A stretch of 64,000 bases of DNA, taken from NCBI RefSeq assembly GCF_964204645.1, contig NC_134025.1, positions 124,001 through 188,000 of the forward strand, given 5' to 3'. Shown one piece after another: positions 43,124 to 54,900 of the stretch. This stretch comes from Tubulanus polymorphus (lineage: Eukaryota; Animalia; Nemertea). The stretch's first letter is position 1; the number at the start of each line of letters is the position of its first letter. The translations under genes and the position numbers were made by a program. The notes beneath the pieces were generated by a model that made no database searches, was not told where the DNA came from, and worked only from the letters and a program-made list of their open reading frames with translations.

Positions 43124-43743
43124 CAAGCACTTCCTTTAAAAGAGAACCAACTGAAGAAATCAAACAAACACCAGTAAGTCACTGGTAAGTTAGAACTGTT
43201 ATATTTGTCAAGCGATACTGAATAAACAGTTTTATTATGTTGTGACGTAAGCAAAAATTAGACCTGACACTATAAAAAACACACAATTATTATAAAATAA
43301 ATTAATCGATAATAATGATTAACATTTCTATTATTGATGCACTGATAGATAAATGAATAAATACACACTCATTGTTGATATAATATTTATATTTCACATA
43401 AGCCATATCGGAGACCTGAGTCTAAACACGATAATTTAGAGAATTTTAACCAGGGGGCGCTGCAGTTAGGCAAAAGTTGGCAAGAATGGAATATTGAAAC
43501 AGTGACAATTAAAACTTCACTGTTACTATGGTGTTTATCGGCCGGTTATGTCTAATCAACTTTTCACCAACTGCAGCCCAAGGATTTTAGAAAATAATGA
43601 ATCAATTTCATAAATGTACATGATCGCCATCACTAGGGGGCGTCTGGGGTCACCAGAAGGTTCATTGTTGAGGGTTCGCTAAGGGTTTGTAGTTTTAAGC
43701 CTATAACAAATCAAATCTCTATATGTTTTATTCTATTAACATT

Positions 43744-43968
43744 TCAAACCATGACAAACGACAATTTAAATCCTCTTCCTCCAAACGATTTATCCGTATG
43801 CAGAACAACAACCATCAGATTCTCGGTCGTATACCCGACCAGACCTTGCATAGTTCCACAGATTTTCTTACCGACGTCATCGCTGATTTTAGTGAAATAA
43901 TGAATATAGTCGTAAGCGCAGTCGGCTTCCTCTTCAAGGTCAACGTCCACAAATGTGTACTTGATTCT
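43744..43968 (-). CDS. Protease exon 12, CUB3 C-half (terminal)
   Basis: [22 protein letters not shown]...ICG...[18 protein letters not shown]. Confidence 0.9.
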   Translation of the reverse strand, partial: RIKYTFVDVDLEEEADCAYDYIHYFTKISDDVGKKICGTMQGLVGYTTENLMVVVLHTDKSFGGRGFKLSFVMV

Positions 43969-46900
43969 CTGTAAGTAAGGTATGGAATATCAAACACACG
44001 CCGCAGTTCCCTCCAACAGTTCAACTAGACTCCGTTCCACAGAGTCAGATTTGACTCCGAACACTGTGGGATTTGGACCTGGCCCCGAGATTCTGATCAG
44101 TTCAGTTTGAACCTAGAGTTAACTTAACAATCCAACTCTAACTCATAACTGTGGGACTGGGTCCGATTTCATAATAGATTCTAAAATTTTGATTAAATTT
44201 AGAATAAGACTTACTCGACCTTCGGGAGCTGTTATTTCCCAAACTACCTCTTGTAGTTTTTTGTATTTATTGGGATATCCTTCACTAGTGAAATATTGTT
44301 CAATTTCCATCGCGTTAAGGACTCTTTGTTGAACCTCTATTCATAACAATAGAAATCATATGAAAATATTGAATTACAACATGAAACATTCTAATCCGTG
44401 AACTCTGTAGATTATCGAGGAAATCCCACAATTCGAAATTTATATGATAGAATTTATTATTTTGAAACCGCATCATCAGCCATCATTCCACGTCCTGATG
44501 ATGGCTGTTAGTCAACAGCCATCATCATCCACCTGATGATGGCTGTTAGTCAACAGCCGAAACGTTGTGGTTTCAAAATAATAAATTCTATCATATAAAA
44601 TTAGAATTGTGGGATTTCTTCGATTGAATACAGCATCTTTAGGAGATATGAGAAACAGTAACTGCAACTTACTCGAATCAATGGTATTGCTAATCCAATC
44701 GAGGAGAGTTGATGTGCGGGCATAGACTCCAGGGTGATGATATTCAGCGCAACCTTTTCCCCAACTCGTAATCCCGACTTGGTAATAAACACCTTGCCAT
44801 TTCCACACCAGAGGACCTCCGGAATCGCCCTGTAATTACATGAAAAATACCTCATCTCAGACGTCTAAGGGTTAGGGTAACCTAGTGTTATTGGTTGAGG
44901 TGTGTTCTATATACCTGACATGTATCCATCTTGCCTTCCTCGTAGCCCGCACACATCATTAATGTTTTATTAAATAGTTTTCCAAGCCACGAAAGACAAT
45001 CAGCAGGATCTAAATTTTCGACAGTAACTCTGCGCAATAACTCCCTTGAACCAGTGTCTACAAATGAACGAAATGCTATTACAAATCAAACATCTCACAT
45101 TCACAGCCTAGATACGTGTTTAATTCTATTCACTTTTAGTAGATCCCCATCCAGAAGCTTCCAGTTTGGTACCGACAGGAATAACCAGATTAGGAGATGT
45201 TGGTAAACAGATCGGTATAATTTTAGCCGTCCATTGCACCGGTCTCACCATCATCAACAATGCTACATCTTTACGCCATTTGATCTTATTGAATTCCAAG
45301 TGGTCGTAGATATTAGCGACAGCTAAAACTCTCTGTCCTTCTTCCGTTTCTTCAATCTTATGTTTACCGAGCATAACGATGAAATCTTTAACTTCCCTAT
45401 AACACAATTGTAAACTATTATTTACTCTTCGACTCAGAATCAGTTGTCAATTAATACATTTTAATTAGAGAGAGAATCATATACGTGAAATATAGATAAG
45501 GGATACTCGCCTGCCTTCAACGCAATGAGCTGCGCACAGGACCCATAACTCTTTTATCAGAGACCCCCCGCATAGCTTCCGTCCTTTATATTTTACTGAA
45601 ACCTGCCAGGGATACGCATGCGCAGTCGCCTCCTCACCCCCGACAATCTTACTTCCGACTTGTTCAACCATCGGTTTGCCACACTCTATACAGTAGATAT
45701 TCATAAACGATTCATTTTTAATTGCAGGTCTTTATATAGAATAAAAGATACATTTCATAAAAGTAATTTCAAGACAAATCTCTTAATGTCTCTTAATCTC
45801 TTATTCCTCGAACTGAGAAACTCCAGACCACCAGCCCAAACGCAGTATACTACCAGCCCAAACGCAGTATACTACCAGCCCAAACGCAGTATACTACCAG
45901 CCCAAACGCAGTATACTACCAGCCTAAAACGCAGTATACTACCAGCCCAAACGCAGTATACTACCAGCCCAAACGCAGTATACTACCAGCCCAAACGCAG
46001 TATACTACCAGCCCAAACGCAGTATACTACCAGCCCAAACGCAGTATACTACCAGCCCAAACGCAGTATACTACCAGCCTAAAACGCAGTATACTACCAG
46101 CCCAAACGCAGTATACTACCAGCCCAAACGCAGTATACTACCAGTCCAAACACAGTAAGCACTTGGTCGACATCGGAAGTTTATTTGATAAACTGTGATT
46201 ACAATATTTCTATGGGTTCATGGAAAAATATAAACTTACCGAATCCACAGTTGAGTTCATCTCTTCCGTTTGGACAGTCCGCATGCTTATCACAAACTTT
46301 CGATAGAGGAATACATTTATTGACGAAACCATCTCGACACTTAAACGATTCGTAACCGCAACTTACATTTTCTGTAAATAAAACAATTATAGTAAATGAT
46401 AAGTGAAAAAAGTGGAAAAAGGAGCAGTAAATAAGTGCATAGAGTAGCTTCATCGGGAAGATTAGTGAATGAACTAATTCAATTATTGAAGCTAGTTTAA
46501 GCACCGATAGCGATTAAGCTCGAACTTCTTATAAAAGATCAAGTTAACCTACAAAAAAGAATATTACCTGCCGTCACGTTCATATTAAAGTTGTAACTTA
46601 CCTTCGAACACAACAATCCTGAAGCCTTTTCTATTAATGGATGAATCAGTTTTTAATCGAATCAATAAATCTCTGCCGTTACTGTTATAATAATTAGATG
46701 AGGCTCCATATCCACAGAAAAACACAAGTTCATTTTCATCGCTGACTTCCGCTCCGTTATAGAACCTGATTACGTCATATTGACATTGAGGGTGATATTC
46801 AATCTCATAATTATCAATTCGCGCATTTAAAACCTGTAAATATTCAATTCATGTGAAATCCGTGAAAATATTGTATCATTGAAAATACATCGATATTAGA

Positions 46901-49900
46901 TCGTAATCTTATAATCGACTAAATGTTTCATTCAGTATCGACAAACATTTCAAACTTTAACGAAACAGTTAACATCATTAACATCATTATGTGTAAAGTA
47001 TAAAACCTAGTCCGTTCAGATGTGTGGGAAATCAAATATCACGAAAATTAGAACTTCGCAAAAATTAAATTCTAATTTGAATATGTTAATAACCGAGGCA
47101 AGGAAAGGCGATCGAGTTCGAATCCCGTTTTATCAATAAAGATAATATTTTTCTTGCAATATTCGAATGTATTTCATTGTGTTTAGCTGAAGACAATTAG
47201 TTATTTCTGTAATCAATTATTTTGTATTCTACTATAGATGAATCAATATTTTATAAAATAAGATCCGCTAAGAATCATTTGAATTCCAAGCAGTTTCCGC
47301 AAGAGTAAACTGATATCGCTAATCCAACTTGATATAATAATTATAAAAATATATATATTGATATTTACATTGCCTTCTTTACTAGCTTTCACTTTCCACT
47401 GGCAGTCGAGGTCGATGGAATAAGTACCGGGTGAACTGTATCCAGGCGATTCAATGTATAGTTTCTGATCGGGGGTTGTTGTAAGTGTTCCTCCACAAGT
47501 ACTGCTAGCGACGTCTCTCTTCACACGACCTCCACGACCTCCACGACGAGGTCCTGATTTTCGATCTGGCATTTTATCAGGTTGTACATCAGCAGTTCCG
47601 GCCGGAATTATGAAAACTGGGGGCGGAAATTCTACAAACACAATTTCAAATTGTAATTCGACAGATTTGAATTAACGTTGAATAATTCTATTTTTAGAAA
47701 TGAAGAAATCCCATGATTGGTAATTATTAATTAGATGATAAGATTTAAATTCATGATTGAAATTAATGAGTTTAATGACACCACAATTAGTTCCGGCTAT
47801 TGCCTAAAAGCCATCATCAGGTGCAATTACAGCAAAAACATCAAATGTCAATTCTTGAATTCAAATGTTGCTCGTTGGATTTTACTAATAATGAGGGCCC
47901 CGTACTGTCAGCACCGATCCCCACCAGATGGCGTGCATAACGGTAAGACAAATCGATCGAAATTTAGTTCATTTTCAGGTTGAACTCTGATTGACCTTTA
48001 GGGTTCGTTGTAAGAGATTTTTGTTTCTACTAATCATTCATAGAATCTGTGTAGTTATCCCTGGATTTTGATTGAATTTGGAAAAAACCTGACATCATTT
48101 TGCCCCACTGCACACTAGCGCCCCTAGTGGATCCTCGATTGCCACAGTCGACCGGGGAACAGGAATAAGTGACGTTTACCGATGATTTTAGCAACCAAAA
48201 TAAAACCACAGTCCCCGTGTACATTAGAACCAGTATGAAACTGCACTTTCACCGATGATCCACTCGATATAACCTCAACAGTATCTTCAATTCTACGACA
48301 AAATGCTGCCATAGCCGAGTCAGCGCCCCCTGGTGAATCAGTAATAACGAGTCTATCGCTGTCGAACGGACATCCAGAACCGACGGCAGGGGACTGGATC
48401 GAGTAAGCTACATTCAACCGAACACCCTGAAAATAAAGCAATTCGTCGTGAGGAAAATCTCCGATAGAAAAATCGATTTATTTTTATATGTTATATACAT
48501 CAATTTCACGAGGACTACACGGGATGGACTTCTAAAACCGCAGTTTTATAAACCGTGTTTTAGTTAAAACCTCTCAGGAGACTAGTGTTGATTGATACCT
48601 GTTGCGGCGGAGCGTGAATTTTCCACGAACATTTTAGATTATTCGCGTACGGAATGCAGGAATTTTTGGATGCAGCGCCCTCTGTGATCTGTATTATAAC
48701 TGGTTTATCAGTAAGTTGAATGTTGAGATCATCTTCACATTTTGAGTGAATCTCTGCGGCGTCGTGATTCGCTGCGTGAAGAACCTGGAATCCATGTGGT
48801 ATCGGCTTCGGTGCTTTCCGGAAAACTGTTTCAACAAACGATACATTCCAATAGAATTAACATTCCAGTGAAATTAACAAACTTTAAATTAATCATTTAA
48901 TTAGTTCGTTATATAGTAAGCGTATTGAAACCCCTTCCCGTCAGGAAATTCATCTATGGACGATCAGTTTTTAAAAGGTGTGCTGATAAAATGTCTAATA
49001 TTTCTGGTATTTTGAAATTAGTAATGTGTCAGTTGATATCACAAGAGAGAGAGAGGTTGGATCCAGATATCCTGAGTTTCTCCCATGACCCTTTCTAACC
49101 CGCTATATACAAATCAAATAAAGTCCCAAACAATATTAATCATTTTTCAAAAGAATTTTCTGGAATCGATTTGACGTCACTGCACGGTATATTTCGCCGA
49201 TCGTATGTTGTTTATCTGAAATAAACGTTTTTCATTGTGGCAGAAATTGAATGTGTTCAATGAGAAATCTACGTGAAAAAACGAGCAGAAAACTGCGTTG
49301 AATTCGGCAGAAGTATTTAACATAAATTACACATTAATTAGTGATAAAAGTTTTATAGATAAATTGACATCAATGGACTCAAAATTCATTCATTAATCAG
49401 TAGAACGTCTGAGTATAGACAGGTTGCCTGCGCTCTATTGGACGGGTTCAGCACATTATTAATCTTTCTCAAAGTCATTCATTCTTAAAGTCAAATAGAT
49501 TCACTTTCGGAAAAAAACACAGAAATAACAGAAAAAAATATTCTCCGAATTGAAAACAGTTTCTATTTCACAATAATGAGTTTCATGATTCACTCTTTGT
49601 GAAAATGTTTTCCATTTATCAAAGTTTCTCTGATTTGTTTCTAAAGATACATTTTTTCCGTTTCAATTTAACAGTATGAGACATAAACAGACATCAGAGA
49701 CTGCAATAGTTGATTTAAGTTAACCACACAGTGGAATACTGACAATTATAACTACATAACCGTATACAACCGTAAAACTTCGAAAAGAAAATTTGATTAA
49801 AAAATTATCAGTTATTGCTGTTCGCTGTTTATCAACAAACCGATCTCGATATCTAGATCTGCTTGAAGTTCTTCGTTTGTTTTAAATGATTTTAAAACTG

Positions 49901-50466
49901 TAAATCTCATCTAAACAAACCACAAAAATTCTCTTGACAGTTTATATCATAGTTTCCTCATTTATCGTCTCAAATGAAAATATCGTTCTATTCTGTGAAA
50001 ACTGACCTTGATCGTCCCTGAGCCCAGGTTCAAGTCGCGGCTTAAGTCCAAAAAAGGTATTAGAAGACATTTATTTAAGACATTGTTTTAAGTTCAGTTT
50101 TTTAAATCTAAATCATTATTGCAACTTGTTCCTAGTTCTGGTGAATCAAATTATCAAAAAGGCAAAAAATAGATTCCTTGTTTTTAGCTGAGCTTAAAGC
50201 TTTACCCGGTCGGCCATTACTTTATCTAAAATTCCTAAACAAACTAACAATAACAGACCCAGTAGTTATAGAAATAAACCGATTACAAATATAGATTTTA
50301 CAAAACGACCGATTAGAAGAAGGTAACATTTTTACAAATAGTCTAAATCTACTCCTACCTATACTGATCACTGATACTTACCTCGTTGTTCGACTGATAA
50401 ACAATAAGCAGCTGGAACCGTTAGATAAACCAGCAGTAGAATCGGTTTTATCAGTTTGAAATTCAT
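43744..50466 (-). CDS. Secreted modular S1 serine protease: signal peptide-CUB-CUB-LDLa-trypsin-CUB (ovochymase/matriptase-like), whole gene, 12 exons, 756 aa
   Basis: Exons (-) 50466-50382, 48825-48599, 48426-48180, 47631-47369, 46833-46602, 46371-46240, 45685-45511, 45396-45134, 45057-44915, 44829-44673, 44336-44215, 43968-43744 sum to 2271 nt in frame. K|IVGG activation site, AAHC, KDVALL and [11 protein letters not shown] give an intact triad with the trypsin-type S1 Asp. Confidence 0.92.
44215..44336 (-). CDS. Protease exon 11, CUB3 N-half
   Basis: [11 protein letters not shown]...WEITAPEGR. Confidence 0.88.
44414..44624. mobile_element. Penelope-like pseudo-LTR relic with inverted arms flanking the hammerhead
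   Basis: 44414-44472 is the imperfect reverse complement of 44566-44624; hammerhead plus a partial duplicate lie between the arms. Confidence 0.6.
44529..44570 (+). ncRNA. Minimal type I hammerhead ribozyme (Penelope-like element type)
   Basis: CCAC-CTGATGA-T-GGCTGTT(agtc)AACAGCC-GAAAC-GTT-GTGG: intact core, 7-bp stem II, stem I CCAC/GTGG, palindromic AACGTT stem III. Confidence 0.75.
44673..44829 (-). CDS. Protease exon 10, catalytic Ser
   Basis: GDSGGPLV...[11 protein letters not shown]...PGVYAR...DWI. Confidence 0.95.
44915..45057 (-). CDS. Protease exon 9
   Basis: [12 protein letters not shown]...DC...[15 protein letters not shown]. Confidence 0.93.
45134..45396 (-). CDS. Protease exon 8, catalytic Asp
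   Basis: ...KDVALL...PICLP...SGWGST. Confidence 0.93.
45511..45685 (-). CDS. Protease exon 7, activation site and catalytic His
   Basis: CGKP...SK|[17 protein letters not shown]...CGGSLI...AAHC; ends at a GC donor (AG|GCGAGT). Confidence 0.92.
45829..46155. repeat. 22-bp minisatellite in a protease intron
   Basis: CCAGCCCAAACGCAGTATACTA. Confidence 0.95.
46240..46371 (-). CDS. Protease exon 6, LDL receptor class A repeat
   Basis: [38 protein letters not shown]; phase 1-1 exon. Confidence 0.93.
46602..46833 (-). CDS. Protease exon 5, CUB2 C-half
   Basis: [27 protein letters not shown]...FCG...[12 protein letters not shown] (absent from the ORF track). Confidence 0.9.
47369..47631 (-). CDS. 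Protease exon 4, linker with furin-type site RVKR plus CUB2 N-half
   Basis: RGGRVKR|[11 protein letters not shown]...IESPGY...[11 protein letters not shown]. Confidence 0.9.
47700..47824 (-). mobile_element. Degenerate copy of the same hammerhead-bearing element
   Basis: On -: GCAC-CTGATGA-TGGCT...AGCC-GGAAC-TAATT-GTGG, followed by a tail resembling the 44567-44624 arm (...tatcat...gggatttcttc). Confidence 0.5.
48180..48426 (-). CDS. Protease exon 3, CUB1 C-half
   Basis: GVRLNV...[13 protein letters not shown]...FCRR...[13 protein letters not shown]...GF. Confidence 0.9.
48599..48825 (-). CDS. Protease exon 2, CUB1 N-half
   Basis: ...[19 protein letters not shown]...[18 protein letters not shown]. 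Confidence 0.85.
50382..50466 (-). CDS. Protease exon 1, signal peptide
   Basis: AAAATG context; [28 protein letters not shown]; donor GTAAGT in phase 1, compatible with the next exon; TATATATA ~40 bp upstream. Confidence 0.8.
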
Positions 50467-50724
50467 TTTGTCGCTTGTCTGGATATGAAACAGTTTTCAC
50501 GGTATATATAGTAAATGTAACTGATAGTGACGGGTCGAAAAAGACTCTGCGTGATTTCATTGGTTGGTTTTTTTGTTTAATAAATGTGTTTTCTGTATGA
50601 AATAAGAGGAACCGGTCTTTATCACGTGTCGTCTGCCTTTATATGAAAACGCCAGTTAATCTTAATGTTAAAGTCTCAGTCAATTTAAACTAATTCAGCA
50701 TATATTTCATAGCTTAGCGTCAGG

Positions 50725-50980
50725 GCCCCGGGACACCCCTTTCTGTGTGGGTTCGAACCCACACTCATTTACATCCTCTATCCATCAGGACCACTCTGAA
50801 TCAGTATCAGTAATTACTGGGTTCGAACTTGGAACACCCCTGTACATCCTCTATTCGGCATCAGGACCGCTTTGCATCAGAGTCAGTAATTACTGGGTTC
50901 GAACCCGGGACACCCCTGTACATCTAATCAGCATCAGGACCACTCTGAATCAGTGTCAGAGAATTACCGGGTTCGAACCT
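50725..50980 (-). repeat. 76-bp B-box array, inverted orientation
   Basis: Reverse complement of the 42271 unit, ~3 copies. Confidence 0.85.
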
Positions 50981-51032
50981 GCGAGGAAGGTAGAGACCGG
51001 CAACCAGTCTAGGTACGAATAAAGCGACAAGT

Positions 51033-51266
51033 TTGGTGGCAGCACCTTACGGTCCCCTTGCAGAAATTCTGTGAACTAATATAATTACAGCAGGCTAGTA
51101 CGTTCGTGATTGGCCGTCAACTCTTTTTAAAAATCACATTTCGCTTTTAGAGAATTAACACTGATGTTAACATAACTGTTCAACAGTCGTTTATATATCA
51201 ACGGCCAGTAATATTACATTAGTTCACATAAATTCCGCTAGTCGACCGTACGGTGCTGCCACTAAT
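51033..51266. mobile_element. MITE-like element with ~55-bp imperfect TIRs
   Basis: TTGGTGGCAGCACCTTACGGTC...TGTGAACTAAT / ATTAGTTCACA...GACCGTACGGTGCTGCCACTAA. Confidence 0.7.
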
Positions 51267-51784
51267 CTGAGAACATCGTCATTAAATTCAAATATTTTTT
51301 AATGTACAATAATACTAATATATCAATCTATTATGGACTTCGCATGTGAAACTTTCTTCCTTGGTACAAAATAACTGGACGAAGCTTAGTTTCTCTTCGG
51401 AACTTGAAAAACATTCAATGCAGTAATCTCTAACTCTATTGAATTTCATCGGAATGCGTCGATTATTTATCAATTTAGTTATTTATTTGTCGATGGAACT
51501 ACATTTTGTTAATGCGCTTTATTGGCCGTGCTTCACTGGTGTGCGCCACAAGACTCGCTGCAATCTGCGCGTGTAGTGATAAGCGTTCCTCGCTTGTGAC
51601 CTAGTTTAAAGTTTTCCAGGAAACTGCAACCGATTCAACTGCCAGGGTTCGTTGCGGCTGGCCGTGAAAAGCAATTTTATAGAAGTTATCATCCTAGCTT
51701 ACCAGGGGTCCGGTATCACTTCCGAACGAACAGCTTTAGCGTAGTGGGTTCGAACCCTTTGACGGGTGAAGATGCGAAATGGGG

Positions 51785-51999
51785 GTGTTACTAAAAACTA
51801 TGCGCCGCTGAAACGAAGACCTATGCGCTTTGAGGTATTAAAACCAGGCGTGACTAAAAAGAAGTCCGAAGACCTACTTGAAATCATCACTTGGAGCGCT
51901 CTGTACCACCTCTGCCGATACGCCGACGAAAAGTAAATTGGTCGGTTTTCTCGGGTGCATATAGTCTTCGTTTTTAGTAGTGCTTCGTTTTAGTAAAAC
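51785..51999. mobile_element. MITE-like element
   Basis: TTACTAAAA...AAACGAAGAC / GTCTTCGTTT...TTTTAGTAA terminal and subterminal inverted repeats. Confidence 0.55.
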
Positions 52000-54900
52000 T
52001 TGTAACAACGAATGACAAATTTCAAAATCATATTTATTCTCATACAACAATTATACAAAATGCCAGGTTTGTGCTCGAGGAATTATAACGTAAGCTCCTC
52101 AAACACGTGGACTTTAAAAAACAACTAGTCCAACCACCATTGGCATATAAACTATAAACGAGAGTTTGTACGCCCATGGTCCAACCATAGACTCTAAAAC
52201 AAAAAGTCTATGGCCCAACCATGGACTCTTAAACTGTAAGAGTCCATGGCTTCCCGCACTAAAACCAGAGATAAACCTGGCCAAATACTCTGGAAAGCGT
52301 AGGATTAAGTAATTACAGTAAGTGATTTACATTCTTAACATCATTTTATTTTCACATATCAAATTATTAACTTTTAGCTTTTTTTCTCAAATTTGAATAG
52401 CAATTTTATTTCTATCACTATGTATGAAATTTTACTAACTTTAAAATCACAAAAGTTACATGTAAGGTATTTAGAAGTCTTTATCTATGATACATTTCCA
52501 CTACAGCTGATTTATACAATTTGCATCAATAGGAAAATAACAAAAATACACAAAGAATTATAAACTTTGATCCATAAAAAACCGAAAATTGGACTAGTCT
52601 GAAAGTCTAGGATTATGAATTTGACAATTCATGAGGTCAATATAACTGACACTTTGTTATATTTCATGAAATATGAATCCATCATCGTCAACTTTTCAAA
52701 TGACATCGATTGAGGACATCTCAATTATCAAGAAAAAGCTCAACTTTATTCGATAGGACCTTAATAAATCAGTGTTTTATGAACACGTCATTTTATCTCC
52801 ACGATACCTTAATGACAGGTTGGAAGTGCCTCAGTCATTTACAAAAACGTGACCTTCAAAAAGTCTCCAACGTAAAAACAATAAAACATGAGATAAAACC
52901 ACAAATTCAAACGGGAAAGCTTAAAATTAGATTAACTAAACAGTATTTGATTTAATTTTCATTAACATTATTTTATTTGATCGTCTTTAAGAGGTTTCAA
53001 AACATTATCAAATTGGTTATTTTCTCAAATGTTACATTTAATGCAAAGTATTTTGGAGGTATTCTCTTCTATGCATTCAACAAGAGTATATAAATCGAGT
53101 ATATAAATATTGTTCAACTGCCAATTTGAATAGAGCTAGGGCAATTACTAATAACTAATGGCTTTGCTACAATTAAGTGAAGATTAAATAACTAACTTTT
53201 TGAGGTACTTCTTGTGCAGATATTTCAGAACCAATATAGACATTGTTAAACCATGGTTTTAGAGTCCAGCTAGAATAATCTACTGATTAATACTGTTCAT
53301 CCTCATTTATCAAGAGAATCCTCCTCTATTTTCCATAAGGACCTTAATAAAAATAGTATTTTATGAACCATTGATGAGCACCACAGTAAAAAACTTGCAA
53401 TACACGTTACTAAACAATTGATAAGTTTTTACATGAATGACGAACATGTCTGTCGTTTTATTCTTACACAACAATTATACCCTGATAAATGTGTTATTCA
53501 AAAAACAGTTCAACATTAAACCTACAAATTCACTCACTCAGGAAAGCGTAAGGTTAACTAATTAATATCAATTATTACAAGAAAACTAAAAACATTGCCA
53601 AATTTTCCTCATCTGAGAGATTTCTTTAATTATCAAATAGCTTATTTCACAAGTGTTACATTTGAAACAAAGCAGGGTCTGATTTAAGCACTGGTCCAAT
53701 TTTAAATGCTATATAAAGATCAGAAATTCTTCTTGTCCAGATATTACAGGCCCTACACAGACGCGGTTAAACTGATAATCAAAACAAAGCTAGGACAATT
53801 GACCAATAAGCACTGTATCCTCAAGTTAGCCTATCAAGAAACTGCTCCTTCTAATCTATGCCCCTGCTATTTTTGACAAGGCCTTAATTAAATCAGTATT
53901 TTATGAACCACTGAAAAGCATCACAGTGAAATTGTTGCTATAAAACTTAAAAACTAAAACGTTTCAATATGAATGATGAAAATGTACATTGTTTTATTCA
54001 CACAAAAATAATATCTTAATCGAGGAATCATCACGTAAGTTCCTAATTTACAAACACGCGAACTGTGTTACAATAACAGTCTCCAACATGAAAGCATTAA
54101 ACTAGAGATGGAACATACAGATTCACTCTGGAAATCTAAGTATCAACTAATCATTACTTTCACTAGAAAACTAGAATTTTGCCCACTCTGCCTTGTCTTA
54201 AAGATGTCCAAACACCTTGACATTAAATACTAAGTATTCTGATGTTTTTTCTGGCAGCTTCGAAAACATCAACATAATCATACAATAAGTAACTAATCAA
54301 TAACATCAATAACTTAAGTTTATAGCTGTTTTAAATTCTTTCTAAAAAGTAAAATGTATGTACCAGATTTTAGATAGTAAGTCTACCCCAGTATAACGAT
54401 CAACAGTCACAGCAGTGATTGAGCGCGGCTAGTTGAAAGGACGGGTCGATCTTTCATCACAGTTATTCAAAGCATTCTATCATATCAGTTATTTTTTTGA
54501 GTGTGTTCGATTTAGTTAAGGTTTATGGTTATTTGTTTTGTTCATTACAATAACTGAGTTGATAGAATGCTTAAAACAACAACAGAAAAGATCTCGGGTT
54601 TTCGCTATACTTAGGGAAGGTTGTTCGATAAATGAAGAACCTTGTTGATAGATATTTGAAAAAATGCCTTTTCATGTAAATAGAATATTAATTTGTTGTT
54701 TGTTTGTATTGTTGTTTATTATTTTTATCTATTTTTTAATATTATATATTTATGTATCTACTTGTATTTTGTATTATTTACTACTTATTATTTATTGATT
54801 TTTTTAAATTTATTCTTTTATTAATTTATGTATTTGTAGTTTGTACTATGTATTATTTATACTCCTCTATTTACAACTGCAGGCATTTTTTCACTGTAAA

